From the NCBI GenBank assembly GCA_014896535.1, contig JADBKE010000007.1, positions 68,571 to 132,570 of the forward strand: a DNA stretch of 64,000 nucleotides, given 5' to 3'. This document shows positions 1-10,270 of this stretch, in pieces (position 1 is the first letter of the stretch; each line of letters starts with the position of its first letter). The notes below the pieces were generated by a model that was given only the letters and a program-made list of their open reading frames with translations, was not told the DNA's origin and made no database searches. The translations under genes and the position numbers were made by a program. The stretch is from Candidatus Fermentithermobacillaceae bacterium (lineage in GTDB: Bacteria > Bacillota > Sulfobacillia > Fermentithermobacillales > DUSS01).

Positions 1-202
1 CCTGGCCATCGGGAAACTCCGCGAACGAGCGCCGGTCGAGGTCCTTCTTCGGACCCATGATGGCTTTACGACTCCAGTCGTCGGGAAACTCCGCGAGCGA
101 GCGCGCGCCGGTCGAGGACGAAAGGAAAGACCCGGGGCCGCGGCGGCAATGCTAAAATGAGATTCGTTAGCAAACCGAAATCGAAGATCAGGAGGGGCCT
201 GG

Positions 203-1009
203 ATGTTCGACTCTCACGTTCACAGCTTCTTCTCCGCAGACTGCCATACACCACCCGAACCTCTCTGCGAAGCCGCGATCCGGCGGGGGCTGGACGGGAT
301 AGCGATCACCGACCACTTCGATTACGATTACCCGGGCTACAACGCTTCTTCCCAGATAGATTTCGATGCTTATATCGCCCGTCTGGACAACCTTTCAAGT
401 CGATACGGGTCCAAGCTGCAAGTACTGAAAGGTGTCGAGGTGGGGATACAACCTCACGCAGTGGACCAGGCCCTCCGAGTGGTTAGAAGTTACCCGTTTG
501 ACTATGTGCTGGCCTCCGTGCACATCATAGGCGGCGTCGACCCCTACGCCGGCACATATTACATCGGCAAGGCCAAACGGGAGGCATACGGTCGTTACCT
601 CGAAGAAGTGCTTTTCATGGTGAGGCACTTTCCAGATTTCGACGCCGTCGGCCACCTGGATTACATAACCCGGTACGCCGGGTATCCCGACAGGTCCATG
701 AGGTATGCCGATCATTCGGACCTGTTTGATTCCATATTCAGAGAGTTAATCGCCGCAGGCCGGGGACTTGAGGTTAACACCGGCTCATACAGACAAAGCA
801 GCGCAGCTGGTTCCCAAATCGCCTTCGACGTAAACATATTGAGGCGATACAAGGAGCTCGGAGGCGAAATAGTCTGCCTCGGATCCGATTCCCATGGTGC
901 CGACTACATCGGCTACAGGTTTGATGAGTTCGTCGAACTTCTCAAGGAATCGGGGTTCAGGTACGTCGCTCACTTCGAAGGTCGAAAGCCGGTATTCGAG
1001 GCTATTTAG
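203..1009 (+). CDS. PHP-family histidinol-phosphatase (HisJ-like)
   Basis: DSHVHS, ITDH, GVEVG, SVH, GHLDY, EVNT and GSDSH metal-binding motifs of PHP/HisJ; AGGAGG RBS upstream. Confidence 0.85.
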   Translation: MFDSHVHSFFSADCHTPPEPLCEAAIRRGLDGIAITDHFDYDYPGYNASSQIDFDAYIARLDNLSSRYGSKLQVLKGVEVGIQPHAVDQALRVVRSYPFDYVLASVHIIGGVDPYAGTYYIGKAKREAYGRYLEEVLFMVRHFPDFDAVGHLDYITRYAGYPDRSMRYADHSDLFDSIFRELIAAGRGLEVNTGSYRQSSAAGSQIAFDVNILRRYKELGGEIVCLGSDSHGADYIGYRFDEFVELLKESGFRYVAHFEGRKPVFEAI

Positions 1010-1022
1010 ACATCAAGTTTGC

Positions 1023-2015
1023 CTACCGCAAGTTTTCCCCTAACGCTTCGGGATTCACCGGCGTATGAACCCGGCCTGTGACGAGGTAGTCCCGGATATT
1101 CCTGGCGGCAAGGAGTGCCATTTCCGTCCTGGTCTTTACGGTGGCGCTGCCGATGTGAGGCAAAAGCACTACGTTGGGAAGGGTGCGAAGCGGGCTGTCC
1201 ATAGGCAGCGGTTCAACCTCGAAAACATCGAGACCTGCCGCCCAAATCCACCCTTCCCTCAGCGCTTTGTAGAGAGCTCGTTCATCGACAACCGCTCCCC
1301 TCGCCGTGTTGATTAGCACGGCGGTGGGTTTCATCATGCGAAGCTCCCGCTCCCCGATGAAGCCCCTGGTTTCCGGCGTAAGAGGAAGATGAAGCGATAC
1401 GTAGTCTGACTCGCGGAGAAGGGTCTCCTTGTCCACGTAGCGCGCCCCGATCTCCTCTTCGACCTGGGGGTTCCGCCTTTTCGAGTAATACAGCACCTTC
1501 ATATCGAAGCCCCGGGCCCTCTTGGCAACAGCCTGCCCGATCCGGCCCATCCCCACGATGCCCAGGGTAGCGCCGTAAACTTCCTTTCCCGTAAGCAACA
1601 TGGGCGACCACGTCTTCCACTGCCCTTTCAAGAGGAAGTCCATGGCCTCGGGAAGCCTGCGCGCCGTGGCGAGAAGAAGCGCAAACGCCAGGTCAGCGGT
1701 GGCGTCCGTAAGGACGTCGGGGGTGTTCGTGACGACTATACCCCGCTCCGTGCAAGAACCCACGTCTATGTTGTCGTATCCTACCGCCATGTTGGCGACG
1801 ATTTTAAGGCGCGGAGCCGCGTCCAGCAGCTCGCGGTCCACCTTCTCCGTGAGGACGCAGAGGAGCCCCTCGACCTCTTTGACTTCCCGCATCAGCACAT
1901 CTCGGGGAACCACCACGTCCTCCTCCGGCCAGACCGATACATCGAGACTCTCCCTCAAGAGCGCAATGGCGGGTTCAGGTATCTTTCTGGTTACGTATAC
2001 CTTGGGGCGGGTCAT
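1023..2015 (-). CDS. D-glycerate dehydrogenase / glyoxylate reductase (2-hydroxyacid dehydrogenase)
   Basis: AVGYDNID, GIVGMGRIG, INTARG, GLDVFEVEP and LPHIGSAT motifs; start moved to ATG 2015 (MTRPKVYV). Confidence 0.9.
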   Translation of the reverse strand: MTRPKVYVTRKIPEPAIALLRESLDVSVWPEEDVVVPRDVLMREVKEVEGLLCVLTEKVDRELLDAAPRLKIVANMAVGYDNIDVGSCTERGIVVTNTPDVLTDATADLAFALLLATARRLPEAMDFLLKGQWKTWSPMLLTGKEVYGATLGIVGMGRIGQAVAKRARGFDMKVLYYSKRRNPQVEEEIGARYVDKETLLRESDYVSLHLPLTPETRGFIGERELRMMKPTAVLINTARGAVVDERALYKALREGWIWAAGLDVFEVEPLPMDSPLRTLPNVVLLPHIGSATVKTRTEMALLAARNIRDYLVTGRVHTPVNPEALGENLR

Positions 2016-2227
2016 CGGTAAACTCACGCTCCAACGATTCCTTACGCCACATCCCAATCTTAGCATGTTTCAGTTCACGCTTGCGTACGGCATATCCTTA
2101 TACCTTTAGCGCCCTTAGTCCGCGCAGTCAATCGGCTGCTGCCCCCGTGATGCCAGGACACGGTTATTGACCCAGGACCAGCGAGTCTCCAAGTTTATTC
2201 GGTTCGTGGGCAGCCCTGTATTCGTCT

Positions 2228-2312
2228 GCCGGCTCCCGTCTTATTTCTAGCCCTGCACCGGGGTGCACACCACACCCGGTGCAAGCTACGCCTAACGACT
2301 TCGGGAGCCGGC
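2228..2312. repeat. Nested GC-rich inverted repeat (possible terminator or structured RNA)
   Basis: GCCGGCTCCCG (2228-2238) pairs with CGGGAGCCGGC (2302-2312) and encloses TGCACCGGG/CCCGGTGCA. Confidence 0.45.
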
Positions 2313-2326
2313 CTTGTTCACCATTA

Positions 2327-3274
2327 CTAGTCACCCACGGTGACGCGAATCTCTCCGGAAGTATCAATTCGCAGAACGTGGCGGCCACTTCCCACGGCTG
2401 CGGTTTTCGCCACTTTGCCGGACCACCCGTGGGCAGAGTCCGTACGCTCCTGGTAACCCTCTACTGTACTCCACGCAACGTTGCCCGAAATCATCTCGGG
2501 TGAGACGGAACTTGCCAGCAACCTGACGTCGTCGGACGGGCTAAGTTCAACGGCAACCGGTCCGCTGGCCTGCACACTCCAGCCGACACTGAGGCCCCGC
2601 GCTACCACCCGCGCAGTTCCAAGTTCCGAAAACTCGATGGGACGGTCGGCCGGAGCCAGGATAATCCACCTGTGCTGCGACGTCACGTGTCCCAGACCGT
2701 CGCGGCGGGCCGGAGGTTTGAGGGACAGGTAAAGCGTCGTACCGTGCTTGCGGGATACCACTCGCGCTCCCTTTGCCCAGTTAATCGCGTCTTCTTCGGA
2801 AGATGCCGAAACGCGCCCATCTCCGAATATGACCATTTGCCCGGGCTTTTCCGGAACCGCAGCTCGAATTTCAACCTCGGCGTCCTCGGCGGTGACCACC
2901 ACTTTTGACACGTCTCTGTCTATGCTAACGGATGTCTCCGGAAGTTCCACCGAGTAAACCGTGGAGGTCAGAGCGCTTTGGATGGCCGGCAGCACTCCCA
3001 CTGCGGTCAGGGTGTAAACTCCGGCGGTGCACAAGACGACGCACAAAGTCACCAGCACTCCGAACCAGTCGTACCTGATGAAGGGCTTATCTTGTCCCGA
3101 CAAAGCGTTGGCCAGGAGCACTTCAACACCAACCAGGATCAGCACGACGGGCCACCACCGAACCGCGATTTCCAGGGACGTCCCCCAGCCCCGTACTTGG
3201 CCCACCATAATGAGGACGCCAAACAGTATCAGCGCAAGTCCCATCGAAAAGGAACCGACCCGCCACTGTCGCAT
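2327..3274 (-). CDS. Membrane protein with LiaF/DUF5668-like N-terminal TM region and extracytoplasmic beta-rich domain
   Basis: WRVGSFSMGLALILFG...WWPVVLILVGVEVL motif and three TM segments; last gene of an ECF operon. Confidence 0.65.
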   Translation of the reverse strand: MRQWRVGSFSMGLALILFGVLIMVGQVRGWGTSLEIAVRWWPVVLILVGVEVLLANALSGQDKPFIRYDWFGVLVTLCVVLCTAGVYTLTAVGVLPAIQSALTSTVYSVELPETSVSIDRDVSKVVVTAEDAEVEIRAAVPEKPGQMVIFGDGRVSASSEEDAINWAKGARVVSRKHGTTLYLSLKPPARRDGLGHVTSQHRWIILAPADRPIEFSELGTARVVARGLSVGWSVQASGPVAVELSPSDDVRLLASSVSPEMISGNVAWSTVEGYQERTDSAHGWSGKVAKTAAVGSGRHVLRIDTSGEIRVTVGD

Positions 3275-3310
3275 GGCTATTCATCCTCCTCTACGATAGA
3301 TTTCCTGGAC

Positions 3311-4192
3311 TCACGGATTCTCCCGGCTTCGGCCCCCCTCGGCTGGAGTCCTCCGCCCAATCGGCGTCCCCAGGGCCAGCCGCAGCCCGGCGCCGATGAG
3401 GACGCCCGCTGCCACAACAGTCTTCAGGAGGGATACGAGCCGGTAGTCGAGAAGGGGAACCACAAGATTGTCGAAGAGCGCCATACAGCCCAGAACGATG
3501 AGGGCGGTACCCACCCATTTTTGATGAGCCGCGATCCATCCGACGAAACCCGCGTCTTCAGGATGCTTTCCTGCGGCCGGGATACTCCACGATGCCCCGG
3601 TGCGCTCGACCTGAGGGCTTTCCCCTGCCTGGGACGCATCGAGACCGGCGATTCTGGACCCCGGTGTTCCATTGAGGGCCATTGCGGAAGCAATCTGTAA
3701 AGCATCGAAGAAGCTGTAGAACCATATCACCGGCAGCATGAAGAGGAAAAAGCTCAAGTGCAACCAGTCCATGAGAAACAGGGCGCCGAAGAAAGAAGCC
3801 ATGAACGCGAGGCCCCTTTCCTGCCATCCGAGATACATGTGGCCGGCTCCGGGGACTACGCTAAACAACAGGGCCCACAAGGTGCTCTTCTGTCCGGTCC
3901 GAAGGCCTTCCCCGAGCCCGCCGAAGAGCTGCCAGTCCCGGACCTCTTCGCCCCGATTCAGGCGGCCGCACAGGTTGAGAGCGTCAAAGAGCCCGTACAC
4001 CCACAGAATGGGAAGCGGCGCAAGCAGCACCGTGAACACACCGCGTTCGATGGACCCCAGGAAAGCCACCAGGAACATCCAGCCGAGGAAGATGCCCATC
4101 AGCGTCAATCCTCGGACCGCAAACCCCAGGTACAGGTGGCCGAGCCCCGGCACAGCCGAAAAGATGAATGTGAGAAAGGCGCTCTTACGCAA
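3311..4192 (-). CDS. Membrane protein with duplicated PG(L/A)GH(L/M)YLG (TM2-like) repeats
   Basis: Two copies of SxVPGxGHxYLG, each followed by TM helices and (L/F)FDAL. Confidence 0.7.
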   Translation of the reverse strand: MRKSAFLTFIFSAVPGLGHLYLGFAVRGLTLMGIFLGWMFLVAFLGSIERGVFTVLLAPLPILWVYGLFDALNLCGRLNRGEEVRDWQLFGGLGEGLRTGQKSTLWALLFSVVPGAGHMYLGWQERGLAFMASFFGALFLMDWLHLSFFLFMLPVIWFYSFFDALQIASAMALNGTPGSRIAGLDASQAGESPQVERTGASWSIPAAGKHPEDAGFVGWIAAHQKWVGTALIVLGCMALFDNLVVPLLDYRLVSLLKTVVAAGVLIGAGLRLALGTPIGRRTPAEGGRSRENP

Positions 4193-4359
4193 CGCCCAAG
4201 GCCTCCTTTCCGCATTACCCTTTGATTTCCGTCTCCGGTCCCCGCTTTAGATTCCTCCCCAGACTTCGCTGCCGTTGGTGACGAACGCGATCGCCAAGGC
4301 TCCGTCTGTCACCCTCTCAGACCCCCCCTCAGAGTTCCGGCGGTTATGTCCTCACTGTC

Positions 4360-4962
4360 CTATCTCATCACCGCATCTACCCAGGACGATATCCTGTCAA
4401 TGACCTTGTTCGACCAGCCCGAGGGCATCTCTTCGCTGACCCGCACTATGGTTTTTCCTGTCTCGTACAGGGCCGACGGCGCGGTGCGGGATACCGCGTC
4501 AAACCATCCACCGGCAAGAAGCATGAGCGTGATAGCTGCCGCTACGGCGTAGTTGCGCAGGGCCGCAAGTCGGTCGGGGGTTGGGTTCTGCCTTTCCCAA
4601 TCGCATCTGCGGCGATGGCCGTGACTGCGGGCACAAACCTGTTCCGCATCGGGCCGCCGCACCAGCGCCGCACCAGGCCCCCGCGCCAGCGCCGACAGAA
4701 CCCGTTGGACGAAGTCCGGGCGCAACGTCATTTCAGCCAGTTCCACGTCCCGAGCATCCACCGTGGCAAGGTAGGTCTCCAGGCAGACGTCGCAGGTGGA
4801 AAGGTGCTCCTCCATCTGCCGCCTCAACTCCCCCGGCACAAAGCCTTTCTTAAAAGCAGCCCACTGTTGGGGAGAGTAATGCCCGGCCATGTCCGGGCCG
4901 CGCACATCGGAGCCGGACACGTTCGAGCCAGGCCTATTCGTCCTGCGGGAATTCGGAGTCAT
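4360..4962 (-). CDS. Zinc-finger (zf-HC2) anti-sigma factor
   Basis: HLSTCDVC (HxxxCxxC) and a C-terminal TM; overlaps the end of the ECF sigma gene. Confidence 0.75.
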   Translation of the reverse strand: MTPNSRRTNRPGSNVSGSDVRGPDMAGHYSPQQWAAFKKGFVPGELRRQMEEHLSTCDVCLETYLATVDARDVELAEMTLRPDFVQRVLSALARGPGAALVRRPDAEQVCARSHGHRRRCDWERQNPTPDRLAALRNYAVAAAITLMLLAGGWFDAVSRTAPSALYETGKTIVRVSEEMPSGWSNKVIDRISSWVDAVMR

Positions 4963-5674
4963 ACCTTCTCAAGGCCTCCCTGAGCATTTTCCTAGCCCGG
5001 TACAACCTGGACTCCACCGTTTTGACGCTGACGCCTTCGCGACCGGCGATGGACTCGTAATCGTATCCGCCTGCGTAGTACAGGAGAAAGGTTCGCCGGT
5101 AAACCGGAGGCAACGCCCTCACGGCCCCGGCAATCCACTCCATCCCGAGTTGCCTCATAAACTCGTCTTCGGCGGAAGGACAGTCGGCGGTGCGTGCCGC
5201 GCCCGAAAGCTCCGGGACGTAACGCTCTGGATCGTGCGGGACGGCAAGTCCTTGCCGCCGGTACCAACCTGCCCCATCCGGTATGTCCGCGGGACTCTCC
5301 AGCAGCCTCAGCCGGGCGTTCCTCCTGCGCCAGTCGATGGCCTTGTTTACCGCTATGCGCGCCATCCACGCCCTGAGATTCCCTCCTTTGAATTCCGGTA
5401 ACGACAGATAAATCTTAAGAAACGTCTCCTGAAGCACGTCCTCAGCAGCCACCGGGTCGCGGACCACCGGCAGAATGACTGCGAAGAGGAACCCTTTGTA
5501 AGCGTCGAGTATCTCACCGAAAGCCTGGGTGTCCCCGCTCTTCGCTCTCTCCACCATCTGTGACTCGCGGTCGACGGCTAACCCCTCCTCTGCCGGCTTC
5601 CACAAGTACTTAACGCTCAAAACACCGGAACCCCTGCACGCCTTCGTCGTTCTACCCGGCGCAGCCCAGGCCAT
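4934..5674 (-). CDS. ECF RNA polymerase sigma factor
   Basis: Region 2 AEDVLQETFLKIY...WMARIAVNKAIDW and region 4 TVESRLYRAR; true start probably further downstream. Confidence 0.85.
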   Translation of the reverse strand: MAWAAPGRTTKACRGSGVLSVKYLWKPAEEGLAVDRESQMVERAKSGDTQAFGEILDAYKGFLFAVILPVVRDPVAAEDVLQETFLKIYLSLPEFKGGNLRAWMARIAVNKAIDWRRRNARLRLLESPADIPDGAGWYRRQGLAVPHDPERYVPELSGAARTADCPSAEDEFMRQLGMEWIAGAVRALPPVYRRTFLLYYAGGYDYESIAGREGVSVKTVESRLYRARKMLREALRRYDSEFPQDE

Positions 5675-5978
5675 CTACGAGTTCAGAAACGCTTTGGCGG
5701 AGCACAGGCACTCCATTGTGGACATAACCCCCATGATGCGGAACCTGACCCGTTGAGTGAGAGGCTGCAAAAAAGCGGGACCTCGGACCCGGGAGACCAA
5801 CACGCCGTAGGGGGCACTTGCTGAACCGCTCGAAACGGGCGCTCCGTCAGGCGCGGTGAAGGAAGAAGATGTGGAGGAAGAAGACGTGGCTGCTTTCTGC
5901 CCGTACTGTGGTCAGAAGGTCGGGTCAGACTTCAACTTCTGCCCCAGATGCGGGAAAAAGCTTCCGGACGGCGGCTGA
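5643..5978 (+). pseudogene. Degraded zinc-ribbon membrane protein gene (C-terminal remnant; an intact 30-aa zinc-ribbon sORF 5886-5978 is possible)
   Basis: AQAIYEFRNA..HSIVDIT / DAEPDPLSERL / FCPYCGQKVGSDFNFCPRCGKKLP read across frameshifts. Confidence 0.55.
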
Positions 5979-6889
5979 TACGACGGAGTTTGCAGGTATA
6001 CCCGCTGAGGTTCGCCGCTCTCAGCCATCCAGCAGACTTTCAAGCCAGCTCGAGAGTTCTCTATCCGCGATTTTGCCCTCGTAACGGCCAACCGGCGTGG
6101 GACCTCTGAAGGCGAGAAGCGTCGGGATCGCCGTGATGCCGAATCTTGAGGCGCAATGGCCAGCATCCATGAACGTTTCGGCATAATTTCACATCGGAGC
6201 ACCTGATCCAGCACCACGCTGATTGAAGCATAATGGCCTCGCACGCAGGAGTCGAACCAATCACCGAATCCGGCTGCTTTGGCGGGCTCTGCCAGGCCCG
6301 GCTCCACTGGCGGTCTATAATATCCTGCCGCATCAGCCTTGTCTTCGCTCATCTGGGGCTCTGTTTCCTTCCCACTGCTTCCCAGGAACGCTCACCTCTA
6401 CTAAACCGTAATCCGCCGGATCTGTGCTAAATCTCCCGCCAGCAAGTAATTTTTGCTTGTGACCTGGCCGCCCTGGTTGTCTATCTACGTCCGATAATTC
6501 ACTAAGGGTCCATGATGATATCTCGAGAGAGGGTCTTTAATTTCGAGTACCGTTGTCCTGCTCGATATGAGCCTTTCCATCTGTTCAGGGTCCATGGATA
6601 CTTTCACCATACTTCTCGCTCGATTTGTCTGTATCTGATCTCAAATGAGTGCATCCGCACATCTTACCCTTCATGTCCATTCCTTTCTTGCAACGCCCAG
6701 CTTCCTCGCCATGTTTCTGAATCACGCATTTTCAGTCTTCTACCATTTTCCCAGCTCCACAGCGCCTCCCGCACCACCATTGGGCCTTTCTCCTGTGGCC
6801 TTCCAGCACCCCCACCGCTTCAGAATGAAAGCCGCGGAGGCTCCTCACCTTCGCCAATGGATCATATTGAGATGATGAGCTGGAGCTGT

Positions 6890-7141
6890 TCAGTGCTCCT
6901 TATCTCCGTTCATGCCGCCTAATTTCCGCCGGTTGATGGTTCCATCCGGTCTGAGAATACCCGCGCCGAAGGCATCCACGACCCGGCGCCATCCGATTGT
7001 GCCCGGCGAGACAACCTCCCTGCTCACCTCGTCAGCGTCGATGATAACCGCTCCCAGCTCCCGGAGCATCCGCGACACGGTGCTCTTCCCGCTGGCTATC
7101 CCACCGGTCAAACCTATAACATAGAGACCCTTGTATTTCAT
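6890..7141 (-). pseudogene. coaE: Dephospho-CoA kinase, 3'-truncated
   Basis: IGLTGGIASGKSTVS...IIDAD...INRRKLG, then homology ends near 6916 after about 75 aa; lies directly downstream of polA as usual. Confidence 0.85.
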
Positions 7142-7291
7142 GCTGTCCTTTCGCTCCCGGCTTGTCCGGGCAGCCCTGTCGGTCCGCCACCCTTTCGGCC
7201 AGGAAACCCGCCAATCTGGCACCCTCCGGCCGCGGCCGGCCCCGACCCGGCAAACCCGTCGAACCGGCCGGCCCGGTGCCTTCCTTTACGA

Positions 7292-10237
7292 TCATACTTC
7301 GTACCACGTTTGCCCGACTCCTATGTCCACCTCGAGGGGAACGGAGAGCTCCCTGACGTTCTCCATCTCTTCCCGAACCATCTTTTCCATGGCATCCCGC
7401 TCGTCCGGGGGGATTTCGAAGATGAGCTCGTCGTGAACCTGGAGGATCATCTTCGACCTGAACCCCTCCTTCCGGAGCCGCCGGAATATCCTCACCATGG
7501 CCAGTTTGATGATGTCGGCAGCGGAACCCTGTATCGGGGTGTTGATGGCAGTCCGCTCCGCAAATCCCCTGACAGCTCTGTTCTTCGCGTTGATGTCGGG
7601 AATCGGCCGCCGGCGTCCGAAGATGGTCGTCACGTACCCGTTCGTCCTTGCCTTTTCGATCGCCTCGTCCATGTATTTTTTGACCATGGGATAACGGCGG
7701 AAGTAGGCATCGATAAAGCGGCGGGCCTCTTCCCTGCTCACGCCGGTCTGCTTCGCCAGGCCGTAATCGGATATCCCGTAGACGACACCGAAGTTTACCG
7801 CCTTGGCTCTGGAGCGGAGCTCGGGCGTCACGTCCTCCAGCGGCACCCCGAAAATCTCCGAAGCGGTTCGCCTGTGGATGTCCTCTTTCCTGCGGAAAGC
7901 GTCGATGAGAGACGGGTCGCCCGATACGTGGGCCAGTACTCTGAGTTCGATCTGCGAGTAATCCGCGGAAAGGAGAAGGTACCCCGGTTCCGCCCGGAAT
8001 ATCTTCCTTATCGTCTTGCCCAGATCGCCCCTGACCGGAATGTTCTGAAGGTTCGGTTCTGAACTGGAAAGCCTTCCGGTTGCGGTGACGGTCTGGTGGA
8101 AAGTCGAGTGAATCCTTCCGTCCTCGCCCACCACCTCGGGGAGGATGTCCAGGTAAGTGGATTTAAGCTTCTGGTACTGCCGGTATTCTAGAATCCTGTC
8201 GGCGATTTCGTGATGCTGCGACAGTTCCTCCAATACCTCTGCATCGGTGGAGTAACCCGTCTTGGTCTTTTTGACCGGTGGGAGCTTCAAATCTTCGAAC
8301 AGGACCTCCTGGAGCTGCTTGGGAGAGCCTATGTTGAACCTCTTTCCCGCCAGGCGGTAGATGGTTTCCTCGACATCCCTCATTCTGCTCTCGAATTCTT
8401 TCGCGAGATCTCTACCGGTCTCGAGATCCACGCATATCCCCGCAACCTCCATCGCCGCCAGGACCTCGATGAGCGGAAATTCGATTTCCACCGCAAGATC
8501 GTAGAGCCCGTCTTCCGATAGCCGCTGCCGCAGCCTGTCTACGAGAAGCGCCGAGGCAACCGCGCCGCAAGCCAGGTGAGCTCTGTGAGAGGAAACCGCA
8601 TCGCGACTATCCCTCTCCGCCTTCGGCCACTCGTAACGGGACGGCGGGACCTCCAGCGAGATTTCGTGGGCGGAGAAGTCTCCGATCTCGTAAGTCGTCC
8701 TGGTGGGATCCAGGAGGTACATGGCAACCTGCGTGTCGAATACTTCGCCCCGAACGTTGAAGCCCCGCTTCATGGCGAGCACATACAGCCACTTTATATC
8801 GTGGCCGACCTTTCGAATCGAAGCATCTTCCAGCAAAGCTCGCAAACCATCGGGAAGCACGGCTTCATCTCCGGCCAGGTACGCCTTTCTTCCGTCTGAA
8901 AGACCCACGAGAGCGGGAACCCCCGTCTCCCGGTCCTCGGGCACGGAATAAACCGACAGCACGCGCGACCGCCGTACCTCGTCGCAAAATCGTTCTAGGT
9001 CTCCGGGGGTTCTCAAGAGATGGATTTCCGGAACTTCTTCCACGAAAAGCGCGGGCCGGAACGGCCTTCTCTCCGCCCCTTGTCGGTCCGGACCCGGCGC
9101 TTCTCCCGGTTCCCCGACCGGACCCGGTGCCTGCCCCTCATCCACTTCCCGGGCTGAACCCGGCTGCGGAGCTCGTCCCGCCTCCAGGCGTACTTCGCCG
9201 GGAGAAACCTCCGCTTCGTGCGGAGCCCCGCTGTCCACGGACGAAGGCAGGAGCTTGAGCCTGGATATGAGCGAATGGAATTCGAGCCGCTTGAACACCT
9301 CGGCCGCTTTCTCCGGGTCCATGCCCGGCCACTCCAAGCGCTCAAGGTCCTGCTCTACGGGGGCGTCTCGCAAGATGGTGGCAAGTTCCCTGGAGAGGAA
9401 GGCGATTTCTCGCCCGTTTCTGAGAAGAGACTGAACCCTCGCCGGGCCGATCTCGTCCAGGTGCTCGAAGACCCCCTCCAGATTCGAATAACGCCTGAGG
9501 AGCTCGACGGCCGTCTTTTCGCCGATGCCTTTCACTCCCGGTATGTTGTCGCTGTGGTCGCCCGCTAGGCCCTTCAGATCGGGTATTTGGGAGGGCCCGA
9601 CTCCCATTTCCTCGCGAACCCGCTCCGGGTCAAACTCCTTCACATCGCTGATGCCCTTGACGGGAACCACTGCGGAAATCGCGGGGGATACTAGTTGCAG
9701 GCAATCCCTGTCGCCGGACAGGATGAGCACGGAGAAACCTTCTTCGACGGCTTTCCGGGACAGCGTCCCGATGATGTCGTCGGCTTCGTACCCTTCTTTC
9801 TCGGCCACGGGTACTCTCAGAGCGTCTAAAACCTCGCGAAGCAGCGGAATCTGGACTTTGAACTCATCGGGCGGGGGCTTGCGAGTAGCCTTATATTCGG
9901 CGAAAGTCTTGTGGCGAAAAGTCGGACCTGGAAGGTCGAACGCTGCGACAACGTGAGTCGGCTTTCTCTCCGCCAGAAACCTGAGAAGCATGTTCACGAA
10001 ACCGTAGACGGCGTTTGTGGGAACACCCGACTGGGTACGGAGAGCCGGAACCGCGTAAAACGCCCTCCTGGCGAGAGAATGGGTATCCACCAGGAGGATA
10101 ACCTTACGCCCCTCGCCGGCACCCGCGCCATCCGCTCCTCGGGGGCTGCCAGCTAACAGGGTCCAGGAAAATTTCCAGTGATAGCTCAAATGGGAGGCCC
10201 CCTTTCCGGCATGACCTCGCCCTTGCGCCGGCTTCAA
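7292..10237 (-). CDS. polA: DNA polymerase I
   Basis: 5' nuclease motifs (EADDIIG, GDHSDNIPGV) and Pol A motifs (TGRLSSSEPNLQNIP, DYSQIELR, KAVNFGVVYG, QVHDE); start uncertain, TTG 10189 plausible. Confidence 0.97.
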   Translation of the reverse strand: MKPAQGRGHAGKGASHLSYHWKFSWTLLAGSPRGADGAGAGEGRKVILLVDTHSLARRAFYAVPALRTQSGVPTNAVYGFVNMLLRFLAERKPTHVVAAFDLPGPTFRHKTFAEYKATRKPPPDEFKVQIPLLREVLDALRVPVAEKEGYEADDIIGTLSRKAVEEGFSVLILSGDRDCLQLVSPAISAVVPVKGISDVKEFDPERVREEMGVGPSQIPDLKGLAGDHSDNIPGVKGIGEKTAVELLRRYSNLEGVFEHLDEIGPARVQSLLRNGREIAFLSRELATILRDAPVEQDLERLEWPGMDPEKAAEVFKRLEFHSLISRLKLLPSSVDSGAPHEAEVSPGEVRLEAGRAPQPGSAREVDEGQAPGPVGEPGEAPGPDRQGAERRPFRPALFVEEVPEIHLLRTPGDLERFCDEVRRSRVLSVYSVPEDRETGVPALVGLSDGRKAYLAGDEAVLPDGLRALLEDASIRKVGHDIKWLYVLAMKRGFNVRGEVFDTQVAMYLLDPTRTTYEIGDFSAHEISLEVPPSRYEWPKAERDSRDAVSSHRAHLACGAVASALLVDRLRQRLSEDGLYDLAVEIEFPLIEVLAAMEVAGICVDLETGRDLAKEFESRMRDVEETIYRLAGKRFNIGSPKQLQEVLFEDLKLPPVKKTKTGYSTDAEVLEELSQHHEIADRILEYRQYQKLKSTYLDILPEVVGEDGRIHSTFHQTVTATGRLSSSEPNLQNIPVRGDLGKTIRKIFRAEPGYLLLSADYSQIELRVLAHVSGDPSLIDAFRRKEDIHRRTASEIFGVPLEDVTPELRSRAKAVNFGVVYGISDYGLAKQTGVSREEARRFIDAYFRRYPMVKKYMDEAIEKARTNGYVTTIFGRRRPIPDINAKNRAVRGFAERTAINTPIQGSAADIIKLAMVRIFRRLRKEGFRSKMILQVHDELIFEIPPDERDAMEKMVREEMENVRELSVPLEVDIGVGQTWYEV

Positions 10238-10270
10238 CCTGGTACGGCTGGCTCGTCAGGCTACGGCCGG

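Noticed and set aside
5912-6922. ORFs 5912-6352, 6061-6333 and 6512-6922 as real genes
   Set aside because: No recognisable motifs, mutually overlapping, and weak start signals; treated as unexplained degenerate DNA
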